This document shows positions 1 to 8,256 of a stretch of 64,000 nucleotides of DNA, piece by piece. Source of the DNA: an uncultured Bacillales bacterium (GTDB taxonomy: Bacteria > Bacillota_I > Bacilli_A > RFN20 > CAG-826); assembly GCA_946185585.1 (NCBI GenBank), contig CAMHJP010000001.1, positions 15,646 to 79,645 of the forward strand. The letters run 5' to 3'. A model generated the notes under the pieces. The model was given only the letters and a program-made list of their open reading frames with translations. It searched no databases and was not told where the DNA came from. A program made the position numbers and the translations under genes. How positions within the stretch are numbered: the stretch's first letter is position 1; every line of letters starts with the position of its first letter.

Positions 1-169
1 TCGATTCACGGGCCTTATTTAAATAAGAAAGAGCTTCAATGCCTAATCCATGAATAGATGAGGAATTGCCATAGATTTCGCTTTCCATGCGCGTATATAA
101 AGAAACCACCTCGTCATATGGTTTGGTGGTTGCTGCATGATCAAGATAAATTTGATTAGCGTTTCTCAT
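1..169 (-). CDS. Cysteine desulfurase / class V aminotransferase (NifZ/IscS-like), N-terminal fragment running off the window start
   Basis: Minus-strand frame opens at ATG 167-169 and translates MRNANQIYLDHAATTKPYDEVVSLYTRMESEIYGNSSSIHGLG. These are the classic IYLD-AATT and GN-SS-H-G N-terminal motifs of NifS/IscS. It overlaps the ezrA stop by 14 nt. Position after ezrA matches B. subtilis ezrA-braB-nifZ-thiI. Confidence 0.55.
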   Translation of the reverse strand, partial: MRNANQIYLDHAATTKPYDEVVSLYTRMESEIYGNSSSIHGLGIEALSYLNKARES

Positions 170-1862
170 TCGCGTGAACTCGTTTTAAAGCATCTCCAAC
201 AGTTGTATAGGCGTTTTCAAATTCTCCAGCACGGAAATATTCTTCAGCGTGCTTCACTAATTCATTAATATCACTTAAGTGGAAACGATCACTATTAGCA
301 TAGACAATCGCATTTTCAGCTAAAACCATCATGTTGTGGTCTTGTTTAACTTGACCATCATCAAGGAGGGAATTACCAAGTTCTTTAATTTCACCAACTT
401 CACGATTAACTTGTTCAACATTGATTGGTTGAACAATTAAACATTTATAAACAGAGTTTAAAAGTTCATACACGTGGTCAAATGGGACACGGTATTTCTC
501 GGTTACTGATTGAATATTAATTTGGTCAACACGTTTTTCAGCTTCAACAATTTTGTTAAAGAATTCGAAAACGAGATTATAAGCATTTTCGCTATCTTCC
601 TTTAAGGAAACAATGTATTGGTTAAAGTCTTCGATCTCACTAATAATTGATTCGGAGGAAGATTTTAGCTCGTTCATTTTCTTTAATAATAAAGAATATG
701 GTTGTTTTGTCGCACTATGAATAAATGTGTCGAGAGTTCTTTTTAAAGCTCCAACACGGTTAATTTCGGATTGAATAAAATTAATTTTATTGTGTTGTTC
801 TTCACTAATAACGAAGACCTTAGAAACTTCTGGAATGGTATTGCAAAGCTTAATAAAGCTTTTCTCAATTGTACCAACGGTGTTATAAACATTTTCGTTG
901 TTTTGTTCAAAGTCAACTCGAGCAGCTTTTTCTTCTTCAAAGAGTTTGAAGTATTCATCGATTTGATATGAGATATCATCGAGTTTGGTTCTTACACCTT
1001 CGAGGTCAAAATGTCTGATACGTTTAGTGAGTAAATCAACTTCCTTTTTAATCTCACTAATCGATTGTTTGACACATAAATGATGGAGAGGATATTTATC
1101 CTCAGTCATGGTTTGATAAGCGTTCTCTAAAGAGATTAATTTTTCAGGAACGATTGTCGTAACCAATGTACAAAGATCAGGAATGGTAACTAAAATCTTC
1201 GCTAATTCCTTAATAATTTCATCAATCTTTGGAAGCACCGCATTTGCTTCATCATATTGAGCAGCCTCAACATAAGCTTCGAAATCTTCGAATAAAGAAT
1301 CAACATATTTAAAGACTTCAACGAAAGAATCGTTAACTAATGTTAAGTCGGATTGTTTGGCGTAGTAATCCTGGCGGACTCGACGAAGTTGTTCCTTTAA
1401 GGAAAGAGAAGATTGACGGCAGTTTTCTTCTGGTTTGATGACCTTTAATAAGTCATTGTTTAGAATGTTAACTTCTTTCTCGTAATCCTCCACTGTTTTT
1501 AAAACTTTTGGGAGTTCTTGTTTAACAAGTTTGATCTTGTGGTCATAGTAGAGATCTTTAATATCGTTCACCCTTCTTTGAGCATTAGCATCAAGATGGT
1601 CGCGGATTTCTTTGAAACGTTTGACAAACTTGGTGTGAGTATCAACATAAAGAAGATTTGTTCTAGAAATAATTTCTAGACGTTTGACGTATTGGGCGTC
1701 TTGACCAATTAATAAGGCGTGTAAATATTGAAAACGACGATCTAAATCAAGGATCGTGTGTTTTAAATAGTTACGTTTAATTATTAAAATAATTACGAAT
1801 GTTGCAGCTGCAGCAACAAGAATAGATAAGATAATGATTAAGACAAGGATTCCAGTACTCAT
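156..1862 (-). CDS. ezrA: Septation ring formation regulator EzrA
   Basis: 568 aa with a single N-terminal TM helix followed by a long coiled-coil, charged body. Size and architecture match EzrA. Conserved position next to rpsD as in B. subtilis. Confidence 0.7.
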   Translation of the reverse strand: MSTGILVLIIILSILVAAAATFVIILIIKRNYLKHTILDLDRRFQYLHALLIGQDAQYVKRLEIISRTNLLYVDTHTKFVKRFKEIRDHLDANAQRRVNDIKDLYYDHKIKLVKQELPKVLKTVEDYEKEVNILNNDLLKVIKPEENCRQSSLSLKEQLRRVRQDYYAKQSDLTLVNDSFVEVFKYVDSLFEDFEAYVEAAQYDEANAVLPKIDEIIKELAKILVTIPDLCTLVTTIVPEKLISLENAYQTMTEDKYPLHHLCVKQSISEIKKEVDLLTKRIRHFDLEGVRTKLDDISYQIDEYFKLFEEEKAARVDFEQNNENVYNTVGTIEKSFIKLCNTIPEVSKVFVISEEQHNKINFIQSEINRVGALKRTLDTFIHSATKQPYSLLLKKMNELKSSSESIISEIEDFNQYIVSLKEDSENAYNLVFEFFNKIVEAEKRVDQINIQSVTEKYRVPFDHVYELLNSVYKCLIVQPINVEQVNREVGEIKELGNSLLDDGQVKQDHNMMVLAENAIVYANSDRFHLSDINELVKHAEEYFRAGEFENAYTTVGDALKRVHANEKR

Positions 1863-1995
1863 AACGTCTACTTTCGAAAGAATATTACCATATTTATATC
1901 TTGTTTTCTACAAAAAACAACATCGGAATATGTCCTAATTTTCTCTCTTTTCTTTCTTATTTACTCCTAATATTTAAATATTAGAAGAGTTAGTA

Positions 1996-2024
1996 TTGAC
2001 AAGGTTTTGGGTTTTCTTTATTAT
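1996..2024 (+). promoter_or_regulatory. Sigma-A type promoter for rpsD (TTGACA, 17-nt spacer, TATTAT)
   Basis: TTGACA at 1996-2001, a 17-nt spacer, then TATTAT at 2019-2024. Lies about 160 nt upstream of the rpsD start. Confidence 0.5.
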
Positions 2025-2030
2025 ATAACT

Positions 2031-2186
2031 CGCATTGTTGAAGCATGTAAATACTGCTTGACTGATGTCTCAACTATCGTGGACGAGTAAGCTTAGCTCA
2101 AGGCTGAAAATCAATCTGATGACATCCGAAGCAAGGGATTTACACCTCAAGCTAAATGATGCATTTAGTGAAAGGAGTCATAAATC
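2031..2186 (+). promoter_or_regulatory. rpsD 5' leader (candidate S4 autoregulatory leader)
   Basis: About 150 nt of untranslated leader with internal complementary segments (gcttagctcaagg ... cctcaagctaaat) before a strong RBS (AAAGGAG). B. subtilis rpsD is translationally autoregulated via its leader. Confidence 0.3.
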
Positions 2187-2789
2187 ATGAGATATACTGG
2201 TTCAGACTACAAACGTTCACGTCGTCTTGGTTTTTCCACCTTGGAATCTGGTAAAGAACTTGCCAAACGTCCATATGGTCCAGGCCAACACGGTAATGAT
2301 CGTAAGAAAAAACCTTCCGAATACGGCAAACAATTGCTCGAAAAACAAAAACTCGAACAAATGTATGGTGTCAATGAACGTCAATTCCGTCGTTTATTCA
2401 TCCTTGCTAAGAAGAGCGAAGAAGTTACAGGCTTAGCCTTCTTCCGCATTCTCGAATCCCGTTTAGACAATCTTGTCTATCGTATGGGATTTGCCAGAAC
2501 TCGCCGTGCGGCTCGTCAACTCGTTAACCACGGACACATCACTGTCAATGGTAATAAAGTTGATATTCCATCATACCTCTGCTCTGTTGGTGACAAAATC
2601 GCCATCAAAGAAGGTCATGATCTTGCCATCGTCAAGGCTTCACTTGAAAGCAAACCAGCCTCTGTTGGTTATGTCAAAGTCGATGCTGAGAAATTATCCG
2701 GAACATTCGTTCGCGTTCCAGAACGTAGCGAACTTCCAATGGATATTAACGAAGCACAAGTTATTGAATACTACAACAGATTGCTGTAA
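2187..2789 (+). CDS. rpsD: 30S ribosomal protein S4
   Basis: 200 aa with MRYTGSDYKRSRRLG...LESRLDNLVYRMGFA, a typical S4 with its S4 RNA-binding domain. Confidence 0.95.
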   Translation: MRYTGSDYKRSRRLGFSTLESGKELAKRPYGPGQHGNDRKKKPSEYGKQLLEKQKLEQMYGVNERQFRRLFILAKKSEEVTGLAFFRILESRLDNLVYRMGFARTRRAARQLVNHGHITVNGNKVDIPSYLCSVGDKIAIKEGHDLAIVKASLESKPASVGYVKVDAEKLSGTFVRVPERSELPMDINEAQVIEYYNRLL

Positions 2790-2807
2790 TTCAAATTTGA
2801 GCAAAAT

Positions 2808-2835
2808 AAAAGGAACCCTATGGTTCCTTTTTTTA
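2808..2835. terminator. Bidirectional rho-independent terminator between rpsD and the convergent lipoprotein gene
   Basis: aaaAGGAACCctatGGTTCCTtttttt: a GC-containing hairpin flanked by an A-tract and a T-tract. Confidence 0.75.
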
Positions 2836-3486
2836 AATCTCAGTAAGGATATTTACAAAATCTTGCTTAAACGAATGAAACTCTTCAACAAACCCTTGGT
2901 TAATATAAAAAGTGAGAATTTGTTCTCTCGACTCGTTGATCAAACAATAGATATATTGGAGTTTAAAATCAATATTTTCAATTCTCGGGAAACGTGGGAT
3001 TGCTTGAAATTCAGCATACTCAGAATAATTGTTCTTAATATCTTTCGCTAAAACCCAAGAAAAATTTTTATCGCTCATTACGTTTGTAGGCAAAGAAAAA
3101 TAAAGTAGGACTCCTTTACCAATCAATACAGACATTCCGCGTTGAGTTAAAATATGTTTCTTTTGAGAAATTCCACCAGTTATATACCGGCATGTGACAT
3201 CCCCGCCACAAATGTAATAATTAAATGGGCCAATCTCGGGACGAACTTTTTCAATATCTACAGTTAGACGGTCACCAGAAAAAACGTATTTGTTTTGATA
3301 AGACCAAGCATCAACCATCTCGGAATAAGAAGCATAGTTAATTGTATTTATATACAAGCAACCAATTTTATTGTTTTTCTTCACACAACTTGGTAAACAA
3401 AAACTAATAAAAATCGTCAATAAGCAAATTAATGAACGTTTCATTACATCTTTATGATAAATCATAAGAGACTGCTTGAGCAACAT
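2833..3486 (-). CDS. Hypothetical secreted or lipoprotein
   Basis: 217 aa. An internal Met gives MKRSLICLLTIFISFCLPSC, a signal-peptide-like N-terminus with a possible lipobox Cys. No recognisable catalytic motif. Confidence 0.45.
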   Translation of the reverse strand: MLLKQSLMIYHKDVMKRSLICLLTIFISFCLPSCVKKNNKIGCLYINTINYASYSEMVDAWSYQNKYVFSGDRLTVDIEKVRPEIGPFNYYICGGDVTCRYITGGISQKKHILTQRGMSVLIGKGVLLYFSLPTNVMSDKNFSWVLAKDIKNNYSEYAEFQAIPRFPRIENIDFKLQYIYCLINESREQILTFYINQGFVEEFHSFKQDFVNILTEI

Positions 3487-3503
3487 TACTTTTTTCTTTT
3501 ATT

Positions 3504-4196
3504 CTAGAAATCCGGGATGTTGGGTTCCTGGGTTGTTATTTTATATTGGAATTTAATGGTTCTTGTGGAGTAATCATCCTTATCGGTAATTTCAGTGACA
3601 AGAGAGTTTTCAAAGTTATAAGTTTTGGTTCGAACAACTTTATTGAATTGGTTCTTTGATTCAACTTTTTGATATAAAGAGCTATCGTTCAGACTTCGAC
3701 TAGTAATCACTTCGGACGAATCGCGGACATTAATTTGGTTTTTGAGAAGATAGATGTAGAGTTTGTTGGCGCTTTTCACACTGCCAACTGCACTTTTAAT
3801 GCGTGCTTCCCAAACACTTTGTTCATAGGTTTCAGCAGTATAAATTTTTCCTTTTGGGTTTTCATCCGCACCTTCCGTTGTCACATCATAAATCATTCCA
3901 TCTCGAATAAAGGCCCACTTTTCAACAACAGTATTGTTTTCTTTAACTTCTTCATCTTCATTAACAGTGTAGGAATGGAAAAAATTCTTTTCAAAGAAAA
4001 CTTGATAAAGAACAGTTGTTCTAGATGTTGGTGTAATAGTAACAGCTTTTCTTTCAAAGAAAGAGAATGTTGTAATTTGATCAAGCTTGGTTTCAAAATT
4101 AGTCAGCATTTTGTATGCTTCGTCATTGGAGATTACTCTTCCAGAACAGCCACATAAAAATGGGATTACTAATAATAAAGGCCAAGCTTTTTTCAT
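3504..4196 (-). CDS. Hypothetical lipoprotein
   Basis: 230 aa beginning MKKAWPLLLVIPFLCGCSG, a signal peptide with lipobox L-C-G-C. The start codon lies 1 nt after the tyrS stop. Confidence 0.6.
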   Translation of the reverse strand: MKKAWPLLLVIPFLCGCSGRVISNDEAYKMLTNFETKLDQITTFSFFERKAVTITPTSRTTVLYQVFFEKNFFHSYTVNEDEEVKENNTVVEKWAFIRDGMIYDVTTEGADENPKGKIYTAETYEQSVWEARIKSAVGSVKSANKLYIYLLKNQINVRDSSEVITSRSLNDSSLYQKVESKNQFNKVVRTKTYNFENSLVTEITDKDDYSTRTIKFQYKITTQEPNIPDF

Positions 4197-4197
4197 T

Positions 4198-5451
4198 TTA
4201 TTTTAAATCAATGAGATAGTAGTTTTTCTTACCTCTTTTAAGAACGATGTATTGTCCAAAAAGAGCGTCATTTTTATCAAAAACCTTAGCAATATCGGTA
4301 CATTTTTCTCCATTAATAGCAACAGAATTGCCATTAATAAATTCACGAGCTTCACGTTTGCTACTAGCAGCGTGAGCTTGAATTAAGAGGTCTTCAAAAA
4401 GAAGTCCACTTGGGAGTTCGACGCGGAGGTCACCAAAGAGTTCTTCAATGTTTTCTTTAGTTAAGTCTTTGACTGAACCAGAGAATAAAGCTTCGCTCAT
4501 CTTACGGCATTCTTCCGCTTTTGCTTCACCATGGACAAGAGAGATAATTTCATAAGCTAAAGCTTTTTGAGCAACACGACGTCCAAGGTTATTGTAGTGA
4601 TCTTCAATAATTGCGTTAATTTCATCAACGGATTTAAAGGAGAATACTTTTAAGTATCTGGCAGCATCATCATCTGAGACGTTGATAAAGTATTGGTAAA
4701 TCTTGTATGGCGAAACAAGTTTCGCATCAAGGTAGAGAGCACCTTCTTCGGATTTACCAAACTTCTTTCCGTTTTCATCTAATAGAAGTGGAACGGTAAA
4801 GCATCCAGCTTTTGTTTCGCTTCCTTCGACTTTACGGATTAGTTCAAGTCCAGCAGTTAAGTTACCCCATTGGTCACCACCACCGATTTGAATTGTGACA
4901 CCTTCTTTTTGATATAAGTGTAAGAAGTCGATTGATTGAAGAATCATGTAGGAGAACTCAGTAAAAGAGACACCACTTTGTAAACGTGATGCAACGATAT
5001 CTTTCGATAACATGTAGTTTACTGGGAAGTGTTTTCCATAGTCTCTAAGGAAATCTAAAACAGACATTGATCCGATCCAGTCGTAGTTATTCACTATAAG
5101 ACCTTTTTCAGGATCACTTAAATCGATGAATCTTTCAAGTTGTTTACGGATGGAATCTGTATTTGCTTTTAAAGCTTCTTTGGTTTGGAGATTTCTTTCT
5201 TTGGATTTGCCACTTGGGTCACCAATCATGCCTGTGGCTCCACCAACAACAGCGACAATTTTGTGTCCTGCTCTTTGGAGTCTCATGAGCATCGAAATCA
5301 TGACAAAGTTACCAATGTGCATCGATGATGCAGATGGATCAAAACCACAGTAGATGGTTTGCTTTGTATTAAGTAATTCGCGAACTTCTTCCTCGTTAGA
5401 GAAATCTTTAATTAATCCGCGCCATTTTAGTTCTTCAACAATATTCTTCAT
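4198..5451 (-). CDS. tyrS: Tyrosyl-tRNA synthetase
   Basis: 417 aa with class I HIGN and KFGKS motifs and a C-terminal S4-like domain. Confidence 0.95.
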   Translation of the reverse strand: MKNIVEELKWRGLIKDFSNEEEVRELLNTKQTIYCGFDPSASSMHIGNFVMISMLMRLQRAGHKIVAVVGGATGMIGDPSGKSKERNLQTKEALKANTDSIRKQLERFIDLSDPEKGLIVNNYDWIGSMSVLDFLRDYGKHFPVNYMLSKDIVASRLQSGVSFTEFSYMILQSIDFLHLYQKEGVTIQIGGGDQWGNLTAGLELIRKVEGSETKAGCFTVPLLLDENGKKFGKSEEGALYLDAKLVSPYKIYQYFINVSDDDAARYLKVFSFKSVDEINAIIEDHYNNLGRRVAQKALAYEIISLVHGEAKAEECRKMSEALFSGSVKDLTKENIEELFGDLRVELPSGLLFEDLLIQAHAASSKREAREFINGNSVAINGEKCTDIAKVFDKNDALFGQYIVLKRGKKNYYLIDLK

Positions 5452-5453
5452 TT

Positions 5454-6464
5454 TTATTCCTCGGTTGATTGACGTTTCTTGTATTCCGGTTCAATTCGGT
5501 AGACTTTGTTTTCTAAAGCATTCTTGCTTAGATCAACGAGCATATACATTGCTCGACGTCCAACGTCTTGCATGTTAATATTCATCGTCGACAAAGTCGG
5601 TCGAGTAATATTAGCATATTTTGTTCCAATAATCGAGAGAACTTCAACATCTTCTGGAACTTTTAGTCCAGAATCTGTTGCGGCATTTGTAATTGCCGCA
5701 GCAATCGAGTCACGATAAGCGACCACATATGACTTCTGATGTCGTTCGGTTTTGAAGTAACCCAAAAAGTCGTTATACGTTCTCGTATAAGAGTCATCGA
5801 CATTGAGGATACGATACTCTTGTTTTTCTTCTTCACAAACCTTTATAAAGGTTTTTTCAGTTCTTTCAAGGAGTCGACCACAGTTGTGGACATGGAGGAA
5901 GACTAAGCGCTTTTTACCTTTGTTTCGTGTAATTGCTTCTTTCAAAACGTCTTTGAAATTACGTTCCATTGCAAAGACAATACAACCGACTCTTTCGCCT
6001 TCAACTTTGTTGTTGATAACAATTGTTGGAACGTAGTAAGAATTTAATTTAGCAATGTCGTTTTCATCAAGTTCATCATCAAAGATGATTGCGCCATCAA
6101 CGTGAGAAGTAATAACTTTATCAAGTTGTTTTAAAGCGTCTTCACGAGAGTGTGAGGTGATGAAAAGCGAAAGGTTAAAACCTTTTTCTTTAGCAACTTC
6201 GGTAATTCCGTTTAAAACGGAAGAAATGTAAACATAGTTTGCGCTTGGAATCACAACGCCAATCGTTGTTGATTTGTTTGTTGCAAGAGCCTGAGCTAAA
6301 CCAGAAGGTTTATAACCAAGTCGAGCAATTGTTTTTTGAACTTTTTGTTTGGTTTCTTCTGTCACGTTTCCTTGGTTATTAATGACCCGGGAAACAGTTG
6401 CTAATGAAACTCCACTTGCTTTAGCAACTTCGTATATGGTGACTCTGTCTTTCAAATTTTCCAT
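5454..6464 (-). CDS. LacI-family transcriptional regulator (CcpA-like)
   Basis: N-terminal HTH TIYEVAKASGVSLATVSRVIN followed by a periplasmic-binding-protein-like sugar-binding core. The likely true start is MENLKD (ATG at 6462-6464), preceded by an AGAGGAAG RBS. The ORF-track start at 6494 is probably too long. Confidence 0.8.
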   Translation of the reverse strand: MENLKDRVTIYEVAKASGVSLATVSRVINNQGNVTEETKQKVQKTIARLGYKPSGLAQALATNKSTTIGVVIPSANYVYISSVLNGITEVAKEKGFNLSLFITSHSREDALKQLDKVITSHVDGAIIFDDELDENDIAKLNSYYVPTIVINNKVEGERVGCIVFAMERNFKDVLKEAITRNKGKKRLVFLHVHNCGRLLERTEKTFIKVCEEEKQEYRILNVDDSYTRTYNDFLGYFKTERHQKSYVVAYRDSIAAAITNAATDSGLKVPEDVEVLSIIGTKYANITRPTLSTMNINMQDVGRRAMYMLVDLSKNALENKVYRIEPEYKKRQSTEE

Positions 6465-6482
6465 GAAAAAACTTCCTCTATA

Positions 6483-6515
6483 ATGTAAGTTCATTATAAA
6501 TGAAACAATTTACAT
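6483..6515. promoter_or_regulatory. Inverted repeat flanking the -10 box of the LacI-family gene promoter (candidate auto-operator)
   Basis: ATGTAAGTT (6483-6491) and AATTTACAT (6507-6515) form an 8/9 inverted repeat around TATAAT on the minus strand. Confidence 0.3.
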
Positions 6516-6535
6516 TTATCAAGGAAGTATTTTCA

Positions 6536-7636
6536 TTAATAGATTGGATAAGGCACTTTTTTGAGTCTAGTTGAAGGAATATTTTTCCTTCCTTCTTTAG
6601 CCTCTGGTTTACCATCTAGCTCAACTAGATCACCGGTAAATCCACAGGTCATATTGTTCACAAATGAGGTACCGACACCATAGGTGTCTACTGGAACTCC
6701 AAGTTTCACCCATTCACGAATTTTATCTTTATTAAAACTAGAAGAAACAATAATCTTCACCCAGTTAAATCCTTCATCATCAAGGGCTTTTCTTAAAGCA
6801 AAAATTAATTCTTTACAAACTCCATGAGGATCAAATCCTGAGGTATCTTTATCATCGAAGTAGTGATCAACAAGAGCTTTAGATGTATCAACGCGAACAG
6901 CGCGTAATGTTTTACCTAAGTGTCGAGCGAGCATGAGCGAATCATGAACGACATTGTTGTGATAGTCGATTAAAGCTGTGACTTGTTCATTTGGATACGT
7001 TTTGTGATAGATGTCACTTGCCTTACAAATATCTCCACCGCAAAGTTCGATTAAGGCATGAGGCATTGTTCCAACACCTTTTCCACCCCACCAATAACCT
7101 TGGGCGTCAGTTGAGACTTTACGAATTCCGGCAACATAGGATGCATAACCATCACCGATTTGAGTCAGGTAATCATCTTGACGATCAGCCATTGAGAAAA
7201 TATCAGTTCCATTGAGTTCTTTCATCACCCAATAAACATTTGTACAGACACTTGTTCTACGAGCAAGAATTCCATCAATCATTGACTCTAAAAATCCGAA
7301 GTCTTCATAGCGTCCAGTTATCTTTAAAACTGGTTCGTTTGCTTGGATAATATCTCCGTCATTTAACGCATAAATATCCAGGTTTTGCGGTGATTTTGCA
7401 AAAGTATGGAGCAAAGCAATCGCTTCATCGACACCACATAATTTTGCATCATCAGTGCGTTGGAAAAACTGCATTGTAACCTTGTGGTTTGGAGCAAATT
7501 TTTCGACGATTTCACGAGACTTTAAAAAGTAGTTCGCTGCAAAAAATCCTTCACCTAATTTTGGATCAAATTGGAAAGTTTTATTTGTTAATCGAGAAAT
7601 CTTTCCTTGCTCTTTTAATGTAACTTCTAGTTCCAT
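6536..7636 (-). CDS. Nicotinate phosphoribosyltransferase family protein (short archaeal-like form)
   Basis: 366 aa. GVGTMPHALIE, VRVDTSK and a C-terminal YGVGTSF resemble the NAPRTase G-T-AH, RxDSGD and FG(I/V)GT motifs. The call is tentative. Confidence 0.5.
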   Translation of the reverse strand: MELEVTLKEQGKISRLTNKTFQFDPKLGEGFFAANYFLKSREIVEKFAPNHKVTMQFFQRTDDAKLCGVDEAIALLHTFAKSPQNLDIYALNDGDIIQANEPVLKITGRYEDFGFLESMIDGILARRTSVCTNVYWVMKELNGTDIFSMADRQDDYLTQIGDGYASYVAGIRKVSTDAQGYWWGGKGVGTMPHALIELCGGDICKASDIYHKTYPNEQVTALIDYHNNVVHDSLMLARHLGKTLRAVRVDTSKALVDHYFDDKDTSGFDPHGVCKELIFALRKALDDEGFNWVKIIVSSSFNKDKIREWVKLGVPVDTYGVGTSFVNNMTCGFTGDLVELDGKPEAKEGRKNIPSTRLKKVPYPIY

Positions 7637-7638
7637 AG

Positions 7639-8256
7639 TTACTCCTTTTTTAAAACGATTCGATGAATCTTTTGACCCAGACCACGGAACTTACTTTCGT
7701 ATCCAGTCATCGCATCGTTTTCTTCATCAAAAATATAATCTTCTTCACTCAAAACTAATTTGAATTTTGAAAGAGGAATTTCCTCTAATGTAAACTCAAA
7801 TAGTGAGTCGTTATCTGATTTAAAATAGACACATCCACCAGGTTTAAGCATACGGTAATATTGCTCTAAAAATGTATGGAATGTGAGTCTTCTTTTGGCG
7901 TGTTTTTTCTTTGGCCAAGGATCAACAAAGTTCAGAAAAATCGCATCCACTGAATTTTTTGGAGTTTGTTCAAAAACAACCTCGCCATCATATGGAAAAA
8001 CACGAACATTTGTTACTTCATTTTCTTGAAGTCTTTTAGCCATAATTCCAGCAATGGTCTGTGCTCTTTCGACAGCAAGAAAATGACAATCTTTATGCTT
8101 TAAAGCATAATCAGTTATGAATTCTCCTTTTCCGGAGCCAATTTCATAATAAATTTTATCTTTAAAAAATGGGTCGTTAAAATCGATCTTATCAATGACA
8201 ATTTCAGGATGTTCTTTTAAGTAATCAACAGCCCATTGTTTAAAGCGAATTCTCAT
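7639..8256 (-). CDS. trmB: tRNA (guanine46-N7)-methyltransferase
   Basis: 205 aa with IDKIDFNDPFF...YYEIGSGKGEF...FLNFVDPWPKKKH, the TrmB signature. Confidence 0.9.
   Translation of the reverse strand: MRIRFKQWAVDYLKEHPEIVIDKIDFNDPFFKDKIYYEIGSGKGEFITDYALKHKDCHFLAVERAQTIAGIMAKRLQENEVTNVRVFPYDGEVVFEQTPKNSVDAIFLNFVDPWPKKKHAKRRLTFHTFLEQYYRMLKPGGCVYFKSDNDSLFEFTLEEIPLSKFKLVLSEEDYIFDEENDAMTGYESKFRGLGQKIHRIVLKKE

Noticed and set aside
743-979. Overlapping small ORFs (743-979 minus, 771-971 plus) inside ezrA
   Set aside because: They are low-complexity Lys/Phe-rich translations of AT-rich sequence nested in a well-supported gene. No RBS or conservation signal is visible.
2473-3051. 192-aa plus-strand ORF spanning the rpsD 3' end, the terminator and the antisense of the lipoprotein gene
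   Set aside because: It overlaps the in-frame S4 coding region and a clear terminator hairpin. The translation is low complexity with no motifs. It is very likely spurious.
5452-5453. T-box leader upstream of tyrS, and similarly upstream of leuS, proS and trpS
   Set aside because: Intergenic distances are 2 nt, -4 nt, -8 nt and about 54 nt respectively. That is too short for a T-box.
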